DNA of 64,000 nt from Phaeosaccion multiseriatum (lineage: Eukaryota; Protista; Ochrophyta, other classes), in the NCBI GenBank assembly GCA_965112735.1, contig OZ218964.1:2666001-2730000 (forward strand). Reading direction: 5' to 3'. Made by a program: the position numbers and the translations under genes. A model generated the notes under the pieces. The model ran no database searches. It was not told the DNA's origin and was given only the letters and a program-made list of their open reading frames with translations. Positions 33,905 through 46,165 of this stretch are shown piece after piece. The stretch's first letter is position 1. Each line of letters begins with the position of its first letter.

Positions 33905-36550
33905 TTACTTTTAGACAGCACGGATGGCACCAAAGGGTTTTACCTCCATCTTTGATATCCATCTTTGGGCACTTCCACAATCGCTGCTCTGCCCCAGCTT
34001 CCAAAGCTCGTAACTTTTGGCCAGAAAGGTGTACGAAGGTGTGTGATAGGTCAGAATCTGCGCAAGGATGCCCTCTACAAGAAGAGCTGTCGTCCGGTTC
34101 GCAGCACTGCCGAGAAACGAAGGGCGAGGGAGAAAAGGGGGGTTGGGAGAAATATTGAAAACACTAAAAGTAATATTTATGTCAATTAAAAGCACTAAAA
34201 GTAAAATTTCTGTAAAATTTATGTCAATTATATCATGACAGCAGTGTCTGGAGCGGCCGGGGGCGGGCTAGAGAGGACAGCAGGGGTGGTGGGAGGTGTT
34301 GGGGGTGCCGAAGGCTCTACAATGGGCGTCACAGGCTGCTCCGCGGGTGCTTCGCGGGACGCAAGGCGCGCCAACAGGAGCTGCACCAGCCCCTGCTTGA
34401 GGGTCCCTTTCGAGTACGTAATCCCTTCCCGTGCGCAGCAAGACTCCAACGTAGGCCGGTTCATCGCGACTACACTGGCCCGAGTGAGAAGCGGGCCCTT
34501 GTCTCCCACTATAGACTGGTACAGGTGCACAAGCTTTGGCTCCCCCCCAAACAGGTCGCCTTGCCCATTCTTCGCGGCGAAGCAGTGCTTGTACTCGCCC
34601 TTGCTGCAGGGGGTGCAGCTACAGCTCATCGTGCGAACATGAAGTGGGTACGCAACATCATAGTCCTGGCCTTGATGGAACGCTCCAATCGTGGCCTCCG
34701 AAACGAAGCCACCCTTCTCCACATCGCCCTCGTAGTGGTATATACTCTGGGTGCCCTGGATGCCCTTGATGTTCACGTCCTCCCGCTGAATGCTGCCGGC
34801 GGCAATAAACCTCACACGGGTCATCCGGGCTGTGAAAGGTGTCCAGCCCTTTCCAAAGTAGTCTTCGTCCGACATTGGCTGGGCGGTGGTGTCAAACATC
34901 TCAGTCACGAAGGCGGCAAAGTCCTTCGCCGAGTTCATCACCCTCTCCCCCATGTCCGTCCTCCTCGATGCCATGGCCTTGATGGTACCCCCAAGCCCAT
35001 CGTGGGGCCCCTTACCATGCGAGGTGGTGTGGAACATGTGCGTCATCTTCACCCCCCACAACTTGAGACAGGAGGCAACGAAGGCGAAGTTCTTTGCGCC
35101 CTTGTACTGCTTGGCGCACCCGTCAGTGACGTTGATCCACTCCTTCAGCTTGAGGCCGTGCTTTTCGAAGTATCCCTTGTACTCCTGATGCATGAGGCTG
35201 CAGCAGTGCTCATGGAAGGCTTGGTCTTGAAGGGAGTCGTCGGAGATGAAAATCTGAGCGTGCACGTCATGGACGGGCTTCTCCCCCCCCCACATCCTGG
35301 GGTTGCAGTGCACGTAGCAAATCATGAGCGTCGCGGACGGACATGTGCCGCAGGTCACAGAGAACGCGCCTGATGAAAGGGAGAGCAGGAGAGAAACACA
35401 CGAATACATTAGGAAGGAAAAGGAGGGAGAGGAGGGAGGAAGGGTGGGGGGAGGACGGGAGGGGAGAGAAGTGGGCGCCCCTCTTGCTCTGACGTACCGC
35501 GGAGCTTATGCTTCTCCGAAAAGTCGGCCGAGCCTGCCGGGCCTGCTCGTTGCAACGCCACCTCCGAGTGCCCGTCAGCCGAAGGATAGTGTGCAGGGCC
35601 TTGACGACTGCCCCTCTTGCTGCTTCGACCGAGGCGGGCGCAAAGCCAATACGTCTTGCCAGAGATCCGTCGTTCTTCGAAAGCGCCTTCTCCACATCGG
35701 CCTCCTTCACACGAGCCACGCGACCGTCCACTGCTGGAAGCTCAACCTCATCTTCCTCCTTCCCCCAATCGCCATCTCGGAGCTTCCTCTTCTTCGCTGG
35801 GGGCTCTGATACACCCTCGGGAATGAAATACTTGGACCCCTTCACCAGCGAAGCCCACCGATGCTGTATCTCGCTCCTCTTTGCCGGCGGCGTCTTGGTG
35901 TTGGCCTGTTCCATTCGTCCCGCAAGAAGTTTATAGCCTCCGTCTCCTGGACGTGCTCCTTAGAGCACATGCTGCGATAGTGCTTCTGCTCCTTCCTGGC
36001 TCCACTGGGTGCGACAGTCAGTGTCACGCTTGTCTTCTTGCCGCAGGGCGTTTCTGCATGCTTGAAAGTACATCGATCCAGGTACCGGAAGTGGTGAGGA
36101 CGCTCCGGAGTGGCCATTTCAATTTTCGCTTGGAGGGCGTTTTTACAGCTGAAGATGATCAGTAGGAGAAAGGTCACAGAGAGCATTCTTAAAGCCCTAA
36201 GCACGCTGCATCCAGTGATGTGCTGGCAGTGCGCTATCGACGCTGTCCTCCCTGTTTTCTCATCCAGATTTCCCACTTCCCCGCCATGGATTTGAATTTG
36301 CAGATCATGACCGTGACCGGCATACCCCTAAACATAGGGGTAGCCGCGAGCTTGTAACGTAAATCGCATCGAAACCGGTGTAGATCCGAAAATCGATGCG
36401 ATTGTGGAAGTGGCCCTTTTCCACTTTTCTTTTTCAGGCGGTCGTCGTACTGCTTCTGCGAAATGCTAAAGCCCTCCATCGTTGTACTCGTTGCGCCCCC
36501 AGTGACATTGTCGAAAAGGGTCGGAAACTGACTTTAAATTCAACCCTGTA
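33905..36550 (-). mobile_element. Degraded Sola2-type DNA transposon (termini uncertain)
   Basis: Contains the broken transposase below and AT-rich flanks. A perfect 15-bp inverted repeat links the two sides (CACTTCCACAATCGC at 33970-33984, GCGATTGTGGAAGTG at 36398-36412). An 11-bp hairpin stem lies at 36362-36403. True TIRs and TSD were not resolved. Confidence 0.65.
34228..36117 (-). pseudogene. Sola2-like DDD transposase pseudogene (frameshifted, internally deleted)
   Basis: DFSEK (35525-35511) splices via intron 35497-35370 to ...IFISDD...TDGCAKQYKGAKNF...FHTTSHGKGPHDGLGGTIK...GIQGTQSIYHY...SCSCTPC, the DF(S/A)E / DGCxxQYK / HGKGxxDG signature. Frame breaks lie near 35915 and 35527. Confidence 0.8.
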
Positions 36551-36650
36551 CCTGACGTCACCATCAGGAGGGGCAGCGTCGGTGTTGTTGTCACTCTCGA
36601 TCTCCACAAGACCAAAGTACCGGCATTTGGGCTTTGGCGGCTTGATGAGC

Positions 36651-36691
36651 TTAGGGTTAGGGTTAGGGTTAGTAAGGGTTAGGGTTTTAGG
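36651..36691 (+). repeat. Interstitial telomere-like (TTAGGG)n tract
   Basis: TTAGGGTTAGGGTTAGGGTTAGTAAGGGTTAGGGTTTTAGG. Confidence 0.8.
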
Positions 36692-37591
36692 CACCCCCCA
36701 TCAAGTTCAGTTCTATGGCCCTGCAACATGTGAAAGCCTAGCAAATTGAAACTCTTGTTCCTTACGTAAGGGCCAGGAGGGTCTTACATAAGGGTGTTTG
36801 CAAGCCCAAGTGGACCCTCCCCCCACAGTGCCTTCATGGTTGATTTGAGCAGTTTTTCTTCGCGTCGCGGGTAGCGGTCGACAAGGGGAGTGCAATAAGA
36901 CCATCAAGGTCTTTAGGAACATTAATCGCCCCTTAGGTGTCTGTTAGGTCAGGGATTGCTCTTACCCCCTCTTCCCCTCCTCGTCCTCTCTAGCACTCCC
37001 CCCCCCCCCCACCTATCACTCGTCACTCTGCACTGGCCCCACCCCTGGGATCTCTCCCCGTACTATAAACTGAGACATCCCCCCCTTGGGATCTGTCCGC
37101 CAACTAACACTTCAAACTAACACTTCAATCGCCCCGGGGGGGGTCCCTGAGGGGGGTCTGGGTCTGCTCCCCTCTTCTTCTCCTTGCTTCTCTCCTGCCT
37201 GCCTGCCTGCCTGCCTGACTCGCGCGGCCCTTAATAAGAAAAGGCCATCGGCCTGCTGAAGCTGATACACTCAGCCCAGCACTCAGCCCAGCACTCAGCC
37301 CAGCACTCAGCCCAGCACTCAGCCCAGCACTCAGCCCAGTCAGTCGAGCAAGCAAGTGCAAGCTGTGGAGGATTGCATCGCCATCTAGCTACCGCCACTG
37401 CAGTGCCGCCAAGAGGATGGCAGAGGATGGCAGCGGATGGCAGAGGATGGCAGAGGACGGCAGAGGGCGGCAGACAATGGTCGCCCTCAGCTCACTCCGC
37501 GGAGCCGCGGCGTGATCCACCCCTCCCCTCCACTCTCTCCTGTTCGCTTCTCCTACTCTGCTGCGCTACTTGCGCGGGCCTGCAGGCCTAT

Positions 37592-40500
37592 CTATACGCC
37601 CCCAAATGCCCAGGCACACACGAGCACAGCGAGTGCCGTGGTGAGGGTGTGCGGCAGTGCTGTCGAGGCGGAAGCAGCGCTGTCGTCGTCGTCCCTCACG
37701 TCGTCGTCGTCGTCGTCGGGGTTGAGGATGGGATTGGGGTTGGCGCCTGGGGGAGGAGGGAGGGGGGGAGGGGGTCAAGGGTGAGGAGAGTTAAAAGACA
37801 GTGATGACAGGGATGTGGAGGAGATGGAAGCCCCTCGGGCTGCCAGCAATAAACCCGATGGAGAGGGACGCGGAGTGCCCGCAAAGCCTTCTGGAGGGCG
37901 TGCCCCCATCCCGTGCGTGTCCTTACCTCCGAAGGTGCAGGTTCGGTCCTGACAGTCCCAATACGCAGAGTAAGAGGGGGGGCTGGAGCCGCACGTATAC
38001 GAGGCATACGTCACGGGTTCACAGCAGTGGCGGCAGCAGTCGCCCATCTCGTAGCCGCACGCCTCTGTGTTGTATACACCTCCGTCGCAGTATCCGTCTC
38101 CGATGAATGTGGGGTACGTCACGGAGCAGTCCTCCCTGTGAGCGCACGCGTGTTGAGAGGAAGAGAGGGGAGGGGAGAGAGGCTGTCAGAAGAGAGGGAA
38201 GCTTTAGAGCTTGGGCATGCAGGGCGACGCTTAGAAGTGCGCTGTCCACCACCCTGGTCATTCTTCCACTGCCATCCACCGCCATTCTGCGGGGCACACA
38301 CCCCAGCCACACAGCGGCCCCAGTCAGCCACTCATCCACCGCTCGGCACTCACCACTCGGGGTCCTTGCAGTCGTAGCTGAGGGACAGGGCGGGGAAGGA
38401 GAGCCATAGGAGAGACGTCAGAGCGGCGCTCGGCGGACTAAGCAATTGATTGACTGACTGAGCAAGTGACTGACTGACTGACTGACTGACTGACTGCTTC
38501 ATGACTGACTGAGTGACTGACACACTGACTGACACACTGACTGACTGATCGACTGACTGACTGGATGACTGCTTGAATGTTCTGGCTGACGGACTGACTG
38601 ACTGACTGAATCAAGCCGAAATGACTGAGTGGCTCACCCTGAGTAACCACAGAGCTCCGTGGAAATCGTGCAAGTCTGTAGCCGAGCAGAGAAGGGCAGA
38701 AAGGGCAGAAAAGGGGACAGACGCGGGAAGAGGTGAGAGGCACCTTCGAGCCATCAGCATCGCTGTGCTCTGTCTATCGGGCCCCGGAAAGCCCATTTGT
38801 GTCGAAGCACTTGCGCTGAGCCCTTCCTTGCCACCCTTGACGGCCCACTACTCGACTGAATGAATCAAGCTGTCTGGAAGGAAAGAGGCGCCCCCAATAC
38901 TCGACTGTGCTGTCCGCCACAGAACCCTTCCCCTCCCCTCCCCCCCCCCAGCCCCCTCGGGTTAGGGTTAACCCTAAGCCCCCCGTCTGTCCCCTGACAC
39001 TCACCTGCGGGCAGCAGTCTCCTCCGTCCTGCGAGCGAGCGAAGGGTGCGCGTGTGCGTGAGGGCAAAGAAAGGGACGACACGAGAGTGAGAGGGAGGGG
39101 GTGTCTGAGGAGGTGCCGCCGATGAGCAACACGGAAAAGGGCATGCCCAGAAGGACTCGGCGCCCCTCCTCACTCAAGCACGCACTTCCTTACTTACCCA
39201 GAGGCAGCCCTCCGTGTTGTAATCGCCCCCCTGGCAGATGCCGTCCCCGACTAAACACAAGTTGGTGGCGTTGCAGGCGTCGAGCTGGCCCGTGACCAAC
39301 AGACACGTGGAGCCGTTGAGGTACTCATTCACCGCCTCCGTGACGTTGAAACTGTGGTGTCAGGCGGAGGGCACAGAGCAAAGGACAGGAGATGAGAGGG
39401 CGACGAAGCTGCACGAGCTTCCCCCTCTTGCTCTCGAGGCTGCAAGCCCTTCGGTAGCGCACTTGGGGGCGACAATTGTGTTTGCTCGGGGCGGCTCTGC
39501 TCTGCTTTGCTTCTCTGTGTACTCACTCCTCGAAGCAAGTGAAGTTGCCGCTCTCGGAGGCGTTGTAGTAGAAGAACTCTCCTGGCCCTGACGCAGCAAG
39601 GGCGAAGGTCTGTGTGTCGTTCTCGGGCAGCTCGGAGGAGCGCACAGCGACGGTGTAATTGCCAGCCACTGAGGGGCAGCAGAGGGGGGGATGGTGAGGT
39701 GTGAGGTGGGCGGGGGACGGTTTGGACATCTAAAGAGAGTCGCCAGTTGGAACGATACGCAGAGGGTACGCACAGCCGGCTAGTTTCAGTGTGAGTTTCA
39801 GCTTCGTGCAATGGGATGGTCAAGAGGCCGTAATCCTCTCTCCACTCGGGACGTACCGGGCTCCTCCACGATGATCTTCTCCACGCTGCGAGATACACAC
39901 ATGAGCACCAAAGGGGTAAGCAAAGCAGGGAGGGGGAGGAGAGGAGGAAGGGAAGGAAAAAGGTAAGAGCACGGAAGAGGGCAGCAGACACCGGCACGAG
40001 CAACAGAGTGGCAGATGGCAGCAGAGTGGCAGATGGCAGCAGAGGACAGGGGCTTAGCGTCGCTTCGCTTCGCTTAGCTTCAGGGGAAGAGGAGGGCTGC
40101 CCTTTCTCAAACGGCCCCAGGGGGGTTCTGAACAGTGACTCGGTATGCACGCACGCACGTACGCACGCACGTTTGCACCCATCGACGCACCTGTCCCAGA
40201 AGTCCAGGCCCTCTCTCCCATTGGAGTACGTGAAGTTGCACCCGTCCGGGCCCACGAGCAGCAGGTCCAAGTCGTGCATCAGCGGCTCAGTAGAGTAGTA
40301 TGAGCACGTGGGGTCCGTCCACGTCAGCGTCAGCACCAAAGGCACACCGAGAGCCAAACCGGCGTCGGAGGCGCGGAAGGTCAGGAGCATCTGCGGGGGT
40401 GGGTGTTACCGTGGGGCAGAGGGGGGAGGGGGGAGAGGACAGGGACATTGATTACGTAAGGGTGCCTATGCTTGAACGGAGGGCGGTGCAAGCGAAGCTC

Positions 40501-43500
40501 TGGGAAGGGGAGAGCGTTTCACTTTTCATCGACTCCTCGGATCTCGCCGTCGACTTCAGCCTCGATGAATCTTACCTCGCTGTCCGGGCCGATGCTGCTG
40601 TCCATGGCAAGCAGGGAGAAGGCATCGGAGCCGAGGGGAATCGTGTCGTTAAGAGTCACGCGGCCGTGACCCTCGAACACATTGGGGCCTGCAGCAGTTG
40701 GTGATACGGTGGGGTGGCAACGGGCGAGGGGAGATAGGAGAAGGGAGAGGGGAGAGGGGAGACGAATCGAGTGAGATACGGTCCTGCTTTTGCTCAAGCT
40801 GAGCTGCCAAGCAAGAGGCAAGCAAGAGAAGGCCAGCAAGAGCTAAGCCAGATGGGGAGCAGGGGAGGCTTGCTCTCGTGTGTCGCTCTCGTGTGTCGCC
40901 TTGTGTTTGTCCCCATGTCCCGGCTCTGTACCCGCTAATCCTCTCCGCTCCTCGAGACAAGTGAGGTGAGGGCGGTGAGGAGGACGTGCTCTGCGCTGCT
41001 CCGCTCCTCTGGGGCCCGTCCACTGCCATCCCCACGTCACGCACCGTCAGTGGCGTAGGGCTCCTCCTCATCGTCATCCATCGGTCCCTCATACACGTGC
41101 CGACCGCTGTTGATCAACGTCGCTGTGCGGAAACGGAGAGAGAAAGAGAGGAGACAGAGAGAGAGAGGAGAGGAGCGTCAGCAAGGGATGGCCCGACCTC
41201 CCTCTACAGGGGAGACGCACAGGGGAAAAGGGGGAGATACAAGGCAACCAGCGGCCACGCCTCAGGGCCAGCCGGCACACACTCTCTCTCACTTAGCGGC
41301 CACCGCCGATATGCCTCTATCCCGACTCCTCCACTCACCCTTGATTAGCGCTGCGGAGGGCTCGAAGGCTTCGCAGGCGTAGGGCGTGTCTGTCACCTCC
41401 GCGGCGTCGCAAAGGGCCTGTGTGGAGGGGGCACCTTGGAGGTCGTCGGCGTGGAAGCCGTCAGTGAAGTATTGGCGCACCAGGGCAGCAGCACCCGACA
41501 CCGCAGGGCACGCCTACCGGGGGAAGGACAGAGCAGAGCGAGGTAAGAGGGGGTGTAGAGGGGTTGGACAGAGAAGGGTGGGTGAGGGGCCTGCCCTGGA
41601 CAGAGAAGGGGGGGTGAGGGGCCTGCCCTGGCTCGACAGAGGGTATGGAGAGCAAGAGAAGGGGCGTGGTACTCTCAACTAGCACTGTCTGTATGACCAA
41701 CTGCTGCACTCACCATGCTGGTGCCGGCCTTGTCGTGCACCTCGCAGGAGCGCTCTGGATTGGACCCCGAGCCCGAGGCCGAGAGCGTGTAATAGCCGGG
41801 GGCCACCACGTCAGGCTTCACCCTGCATGTGGAGCACGGAAGGGGATGGCAGTGGGTGGCGGTGGATGGCAGGGGATGGCAGTGAATGGCACAGAGCACA
41901 AGGCGGGGCAGTGAGTCACTCGAATGGCCTGCACCCGAAGAACCAAAGCAAAGCTCTGATACAAATTATTTGACACGCGGTACCAACGCTGGAAACAGCA
42001 GCTTTCGTCCTTCGCTTCCCTCTCCCTCTTTTTCTCTCCCTCCCTCCCTCCCTCCCTCCCTCCCTCCCTCCCTCCCTCCCTCCCTCCCTCCCTCCCTCCC
42101 TCCCTCCCTCCCTCCCTCCCTCCCTCCCTCCCTCCCTCCCTCCCTCCCTCCCTCCCTCCCTCCCTCCCTCCCTCCCTCCCTCCCTCCCTCCCTCCCTCCC
42201 TCCCTCCCTCCCTCCCTCCCTCCCTCCCTCCCTCCCTCCCTCCCTCCCTCCCTCCCTCCCTCCCTCCCTCCCTCCCTCCCTCCCTCCCTCCCTCCCTCCC
42301 TCCCTCCCTCCCTCCCTCCCTCCCTCCCTCCCTCCCTCCCTCCCTCCCTCCCTCTCTCCCTCCCTCACCCCCCCCGTCCCTTCCTCTCCATGCCCGAGCA
42401 CCACTGCGTTTCGCCTCACGCACGGCCCCTACTCTTCCCAGCCCTACTCTTCCCTCCCTACCTGCCGTCGTAAGTCCAGCCCCTGTGGACAAAGCGAGAA
42501 AGAGAAAGAGAGAGAGAGAGAGGAAGAGAGAGGGATTTATGGGGCGCGAAGTAGGTCGGATGCGTGAGCGATGTGCCTTGCCCAAGACACGTGGGTGCCT
42601 GTGCAGCAAGAAGGACCTCCGCTGGGGCTCCGCTGGGGTCAGTCAGGGAGGGCGATGTCCCTCTCGGGTTTAGAGCGCTCGACTTGGGCTTCTCGTCTGT
42701 GCCGGCCCCCGGACCCTTCTTGCCGCTGGCCCCAAGTACTGACCCCAACCCTAACCCTAACCCAAGTACAGACCTGGAGGAGAAGCTGGCCACCTCGTCG
42801 ATGTTGTCCTGAGCGCGGCTCAAACCTCCCTCTGTGGCTCCCACCGTGAGCAAGTTCTTGGAGTGGCCCGGCCACGTCACCGTACACTCGTCCTGGTCCT
42901 CTGCGCACGCACATACACAAACACACACCCGCGCACGCACGCAGAGAACACACATACACGGGAGGGAGGGGTGCCGTTACGGACCTTCTCGTCGGACGGA
43001 CGGGCATCAGGGTAGGAGAGGGGAGGGGAGGGGAGGGGAGGGAGGAGCGGAGAGGAAAGGGGAGGAGGAGAGGAGGCGGACGCAAAGGGAAGGAAAGGGC
43101 GCTGCGCCTGGGATAGACACAACGGATTCCGCTGCGCGTCCCCATGTCCTCGTACCCCCTGCGCCAAACTTGCGCACGTCAACGGCACATGTCCTGTCCG
43201 GCCCTACAGAACACGCTCGCCGAACAGCTCACCTCCGCTGTTCCCCGCCGAGAAGATGAGGAGCATGTCCGGATTGTCGTACACAAGCTCATCGAAGGCC
43301 ACGCCCAAGGCCCCGTAGTAAGACGTACAGTACACATCGTAGGACCAGGAGTTGCTGCTTGCAAGGAGGCACGGGGCACAGGGGGGAGGGGAGGGGTGTG
43401 AGGCTGGGCTGTGAGGCTGGGCAGCGAGGGAGCGCAGGGGGGGCTTTGCGGGTACTAGCTGTCAGGGCAAGCTCAGGACACCATCCACTGCTCCGTCCCT

Positions 43501-45845
43501 CCGGTACTGAGGCAAGCACAAATACAAACACACACACACAACTGCGCCGCCTAACAAGCACAAACGCAAACTTGCCTGTGGATGCGAGCTCCTGCATCGC
43601 GTGCGTAGGAGAAGATGTCCTCCGTTTCGGGTAGGTCGAACTCAGTGCCGTCGAAGTTGCCGGCGTCGAGGAAGGCAATCTTGGCCCCAGGGGCGACCCC
43701 CTGTTGGTCGGGAATGACCTCTGCAAGGGAGAGAGAGCGGGTAGCTAGGGGTGAGGCTGAAGGGTTGGGCGCGGGTCTCTTCTCTGTAAGGGGGGGAAGC
43801 TCACGCCTATCGACTCCCACATTGGCCTGAAGAGCGCCATGCACCGATCTATGCATGCACGCACGCACGCACACACCTTCCTTGTCATCATCGCTGACGC
43901 AGGTACCGGCGCTGTCCCCGTCGCAGCCGAAGGCAGGGCAATCCAATTCCCAATCGTACTCGGAGTCCGAGGCACGCGTCTGCAAGGCAGTCGATAGCTT
44001 GCACTGCCCCCAGCAGCTCCTGGGCAAGCAGTGGGGCAAGCAGGGGGGCAAGCAGGGGGGCAAGCAGGGGGGGGGGGGCAGGTGAGTGGCAGGACAGCAT
44101 GAGGCAACTGGCTGTGTCGAGAGGGGGGGGTGCTGCTGCATTGGCACTGTGCCTGGAAAGGATACAGGAGCGCGTCTCAACCGTTTGCGTATACGTGTGT
44201 GCGTATATGTGTGTGCGTGTGCGTCTGTGTGTGTACTTGTGCGTATATGTGTGTGCGTGCGTGTACGTGTGGTGCATGCGCGCGTGCATCTCCGCACTCA
44301 GTTGGCATTGGATTGTCGCGTGGCCAGCTGCCCGGGGCCTGGTCTTAGCCCTTAGGGTCTATAGCCCTTAGGGGTCTTAGCCCTTAGGGTCTATAGCCCC
44401 CGCCCCGCACTCTCCGCCCTCCGGCCCTGCGCCCAAGCCCTTCCCCAGGACTCACTTGGCCATAGTGTCGTTGTCGCACGCGTAGTCGGTGAGGTTGTAG
44501 CTCGGCTCGAGCTGTCCTGCGATGGTACCCACCACGTGCGTGCCGTGCCCTGCGTCGCGCGGACCCGTGCATGCAGAGTACGTGGAGTGCGTGAGAGCAG
44601 TGGCAGGGGCGCAGGGGCGACACACGAAAAGCGAAGCAGGGTGCGAAAGAGCGTGCAAAAATCGCCCAAGCGGGGACGAAGTGAGCCAGGTTTGGCCCAG
44701 GCGTAAGCGGAACCCTAAGCCTAACCCTTCCCTCGTGCTTGCCTCACCTTCGTACTCGTCCAATGCGTCTTTGAAGGCGATGTACTGCACCACCTTACGG
44801 TTGGAGCTGTCGGTTACAGCGTTCGATACGTTGGAGCGCTCCACTTGCCCAAGGGACGCATCCTCGAAGTAGCATGACAGATCTGCGGGGGAGGGGAGGG
44901 GAGGGGGTTGGTCAGCGGACAGAAAGCACAAGGACGGAAGGAAGGACGGAAGAAGCACAACAGCACAAACACAGACGCACAAAGCATCGCAGCACTAAGC
45001 TGCACCGCCACACCGACTCCACTTACCGTCAAGGCCCGAGTCTACCACGCCCACCACCTGCCCCTCGCCCGTGATGTTCATGTCCCACATGGGGTAGTGC
45101 CCCCCCGGGGAGGCGGTCTGCACGACGGAGGCGCTGATGAAGTTGTCGAGGGAGGCCGCGAGGTGAAGGTCAATGAACTCGACGGAGGGTTGCGCGGCCA
45201 GGAAACCCACAAAGCCCAGGGCACACGCTCTCTCTGAAGGTGGGGGGGGGGGGAGTCGGAGCAAGGGAAGGCAGGAGGAGAGGGACAAGGAGGGACAGGA
45301 GGAGGGAATGGACGCGGACGGGGTCAGGGGGGCGGAGAACAAAGCTCCCACTCACGCCCGCCCGCAATCACGCCCCCAATTACACACCCACAGATTGTAC
45401 ATGCTGACGCACTCACGGGTGTGGTCTTTGGCCTGTGCGGCCTCCCTGAGGTTGGCAAGCACTTTGCTGCCCCGCACCGTCACCAGCCCTGAGTTGGTTG
45501 ACGACAGCTCTGCCTCGTGCCACCTGGGGGTCAAGGGGGGGGGGGGGGGAGGGAAATGTGAGAGATGATGCTCTGGGCCTCAGGGAGACTGTCCGGAGCT
45601 GCGCTGCCGCTACCCCTGCTCCTGCCCCAAGCCGTGCCCTGCCCGACCATCTCACTCACTCACTCACTCACTCACTCACTCACTCACTCACTCACTCACT
45701 CACTCACTCACTCACTCACTCACTCACTCACTCACCCGCAGCTCTCCGCCACAGGGGCTCCGTCTTGGTCCGTTTGGTGCAAGTGCTCCACGGCCTGGGC
45801 CCATGCAATGGCCTTGGCGCTGTGCATGGGGTGCGTGGAGCGCTG

Positions 45846-45879
<34 letters not shown>

Positions 45880-46077
45880 CGTGTGCGTGTATGTGTGCGA
45901 TGGCAAGGACAATGAAGGAGGACGTGATCGGTGAGTTTGGTGAAGGGAGGGTCGAGACAACGTGCGTGAGTGTGTGTGTGTGCGTGTGTGTGTATGCATG
46001 TGTGTGTGTGCGTATATGTACATGTGTGTGACCGAGCGTGCGTGTGTGTGTGGGTATTTGTGTGTGTGTGTGCGTGT

Positions 46078-46165
<88 letters not shown>

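Noticed and set aside
41818-42609. Low-complexity ORFs (GREG, PPSL, THSL, VCVC, PHPH repeats) here and at 13960, 17007, 17976 and 46425
   Set aside because: They are translations of intronic microsatellites.
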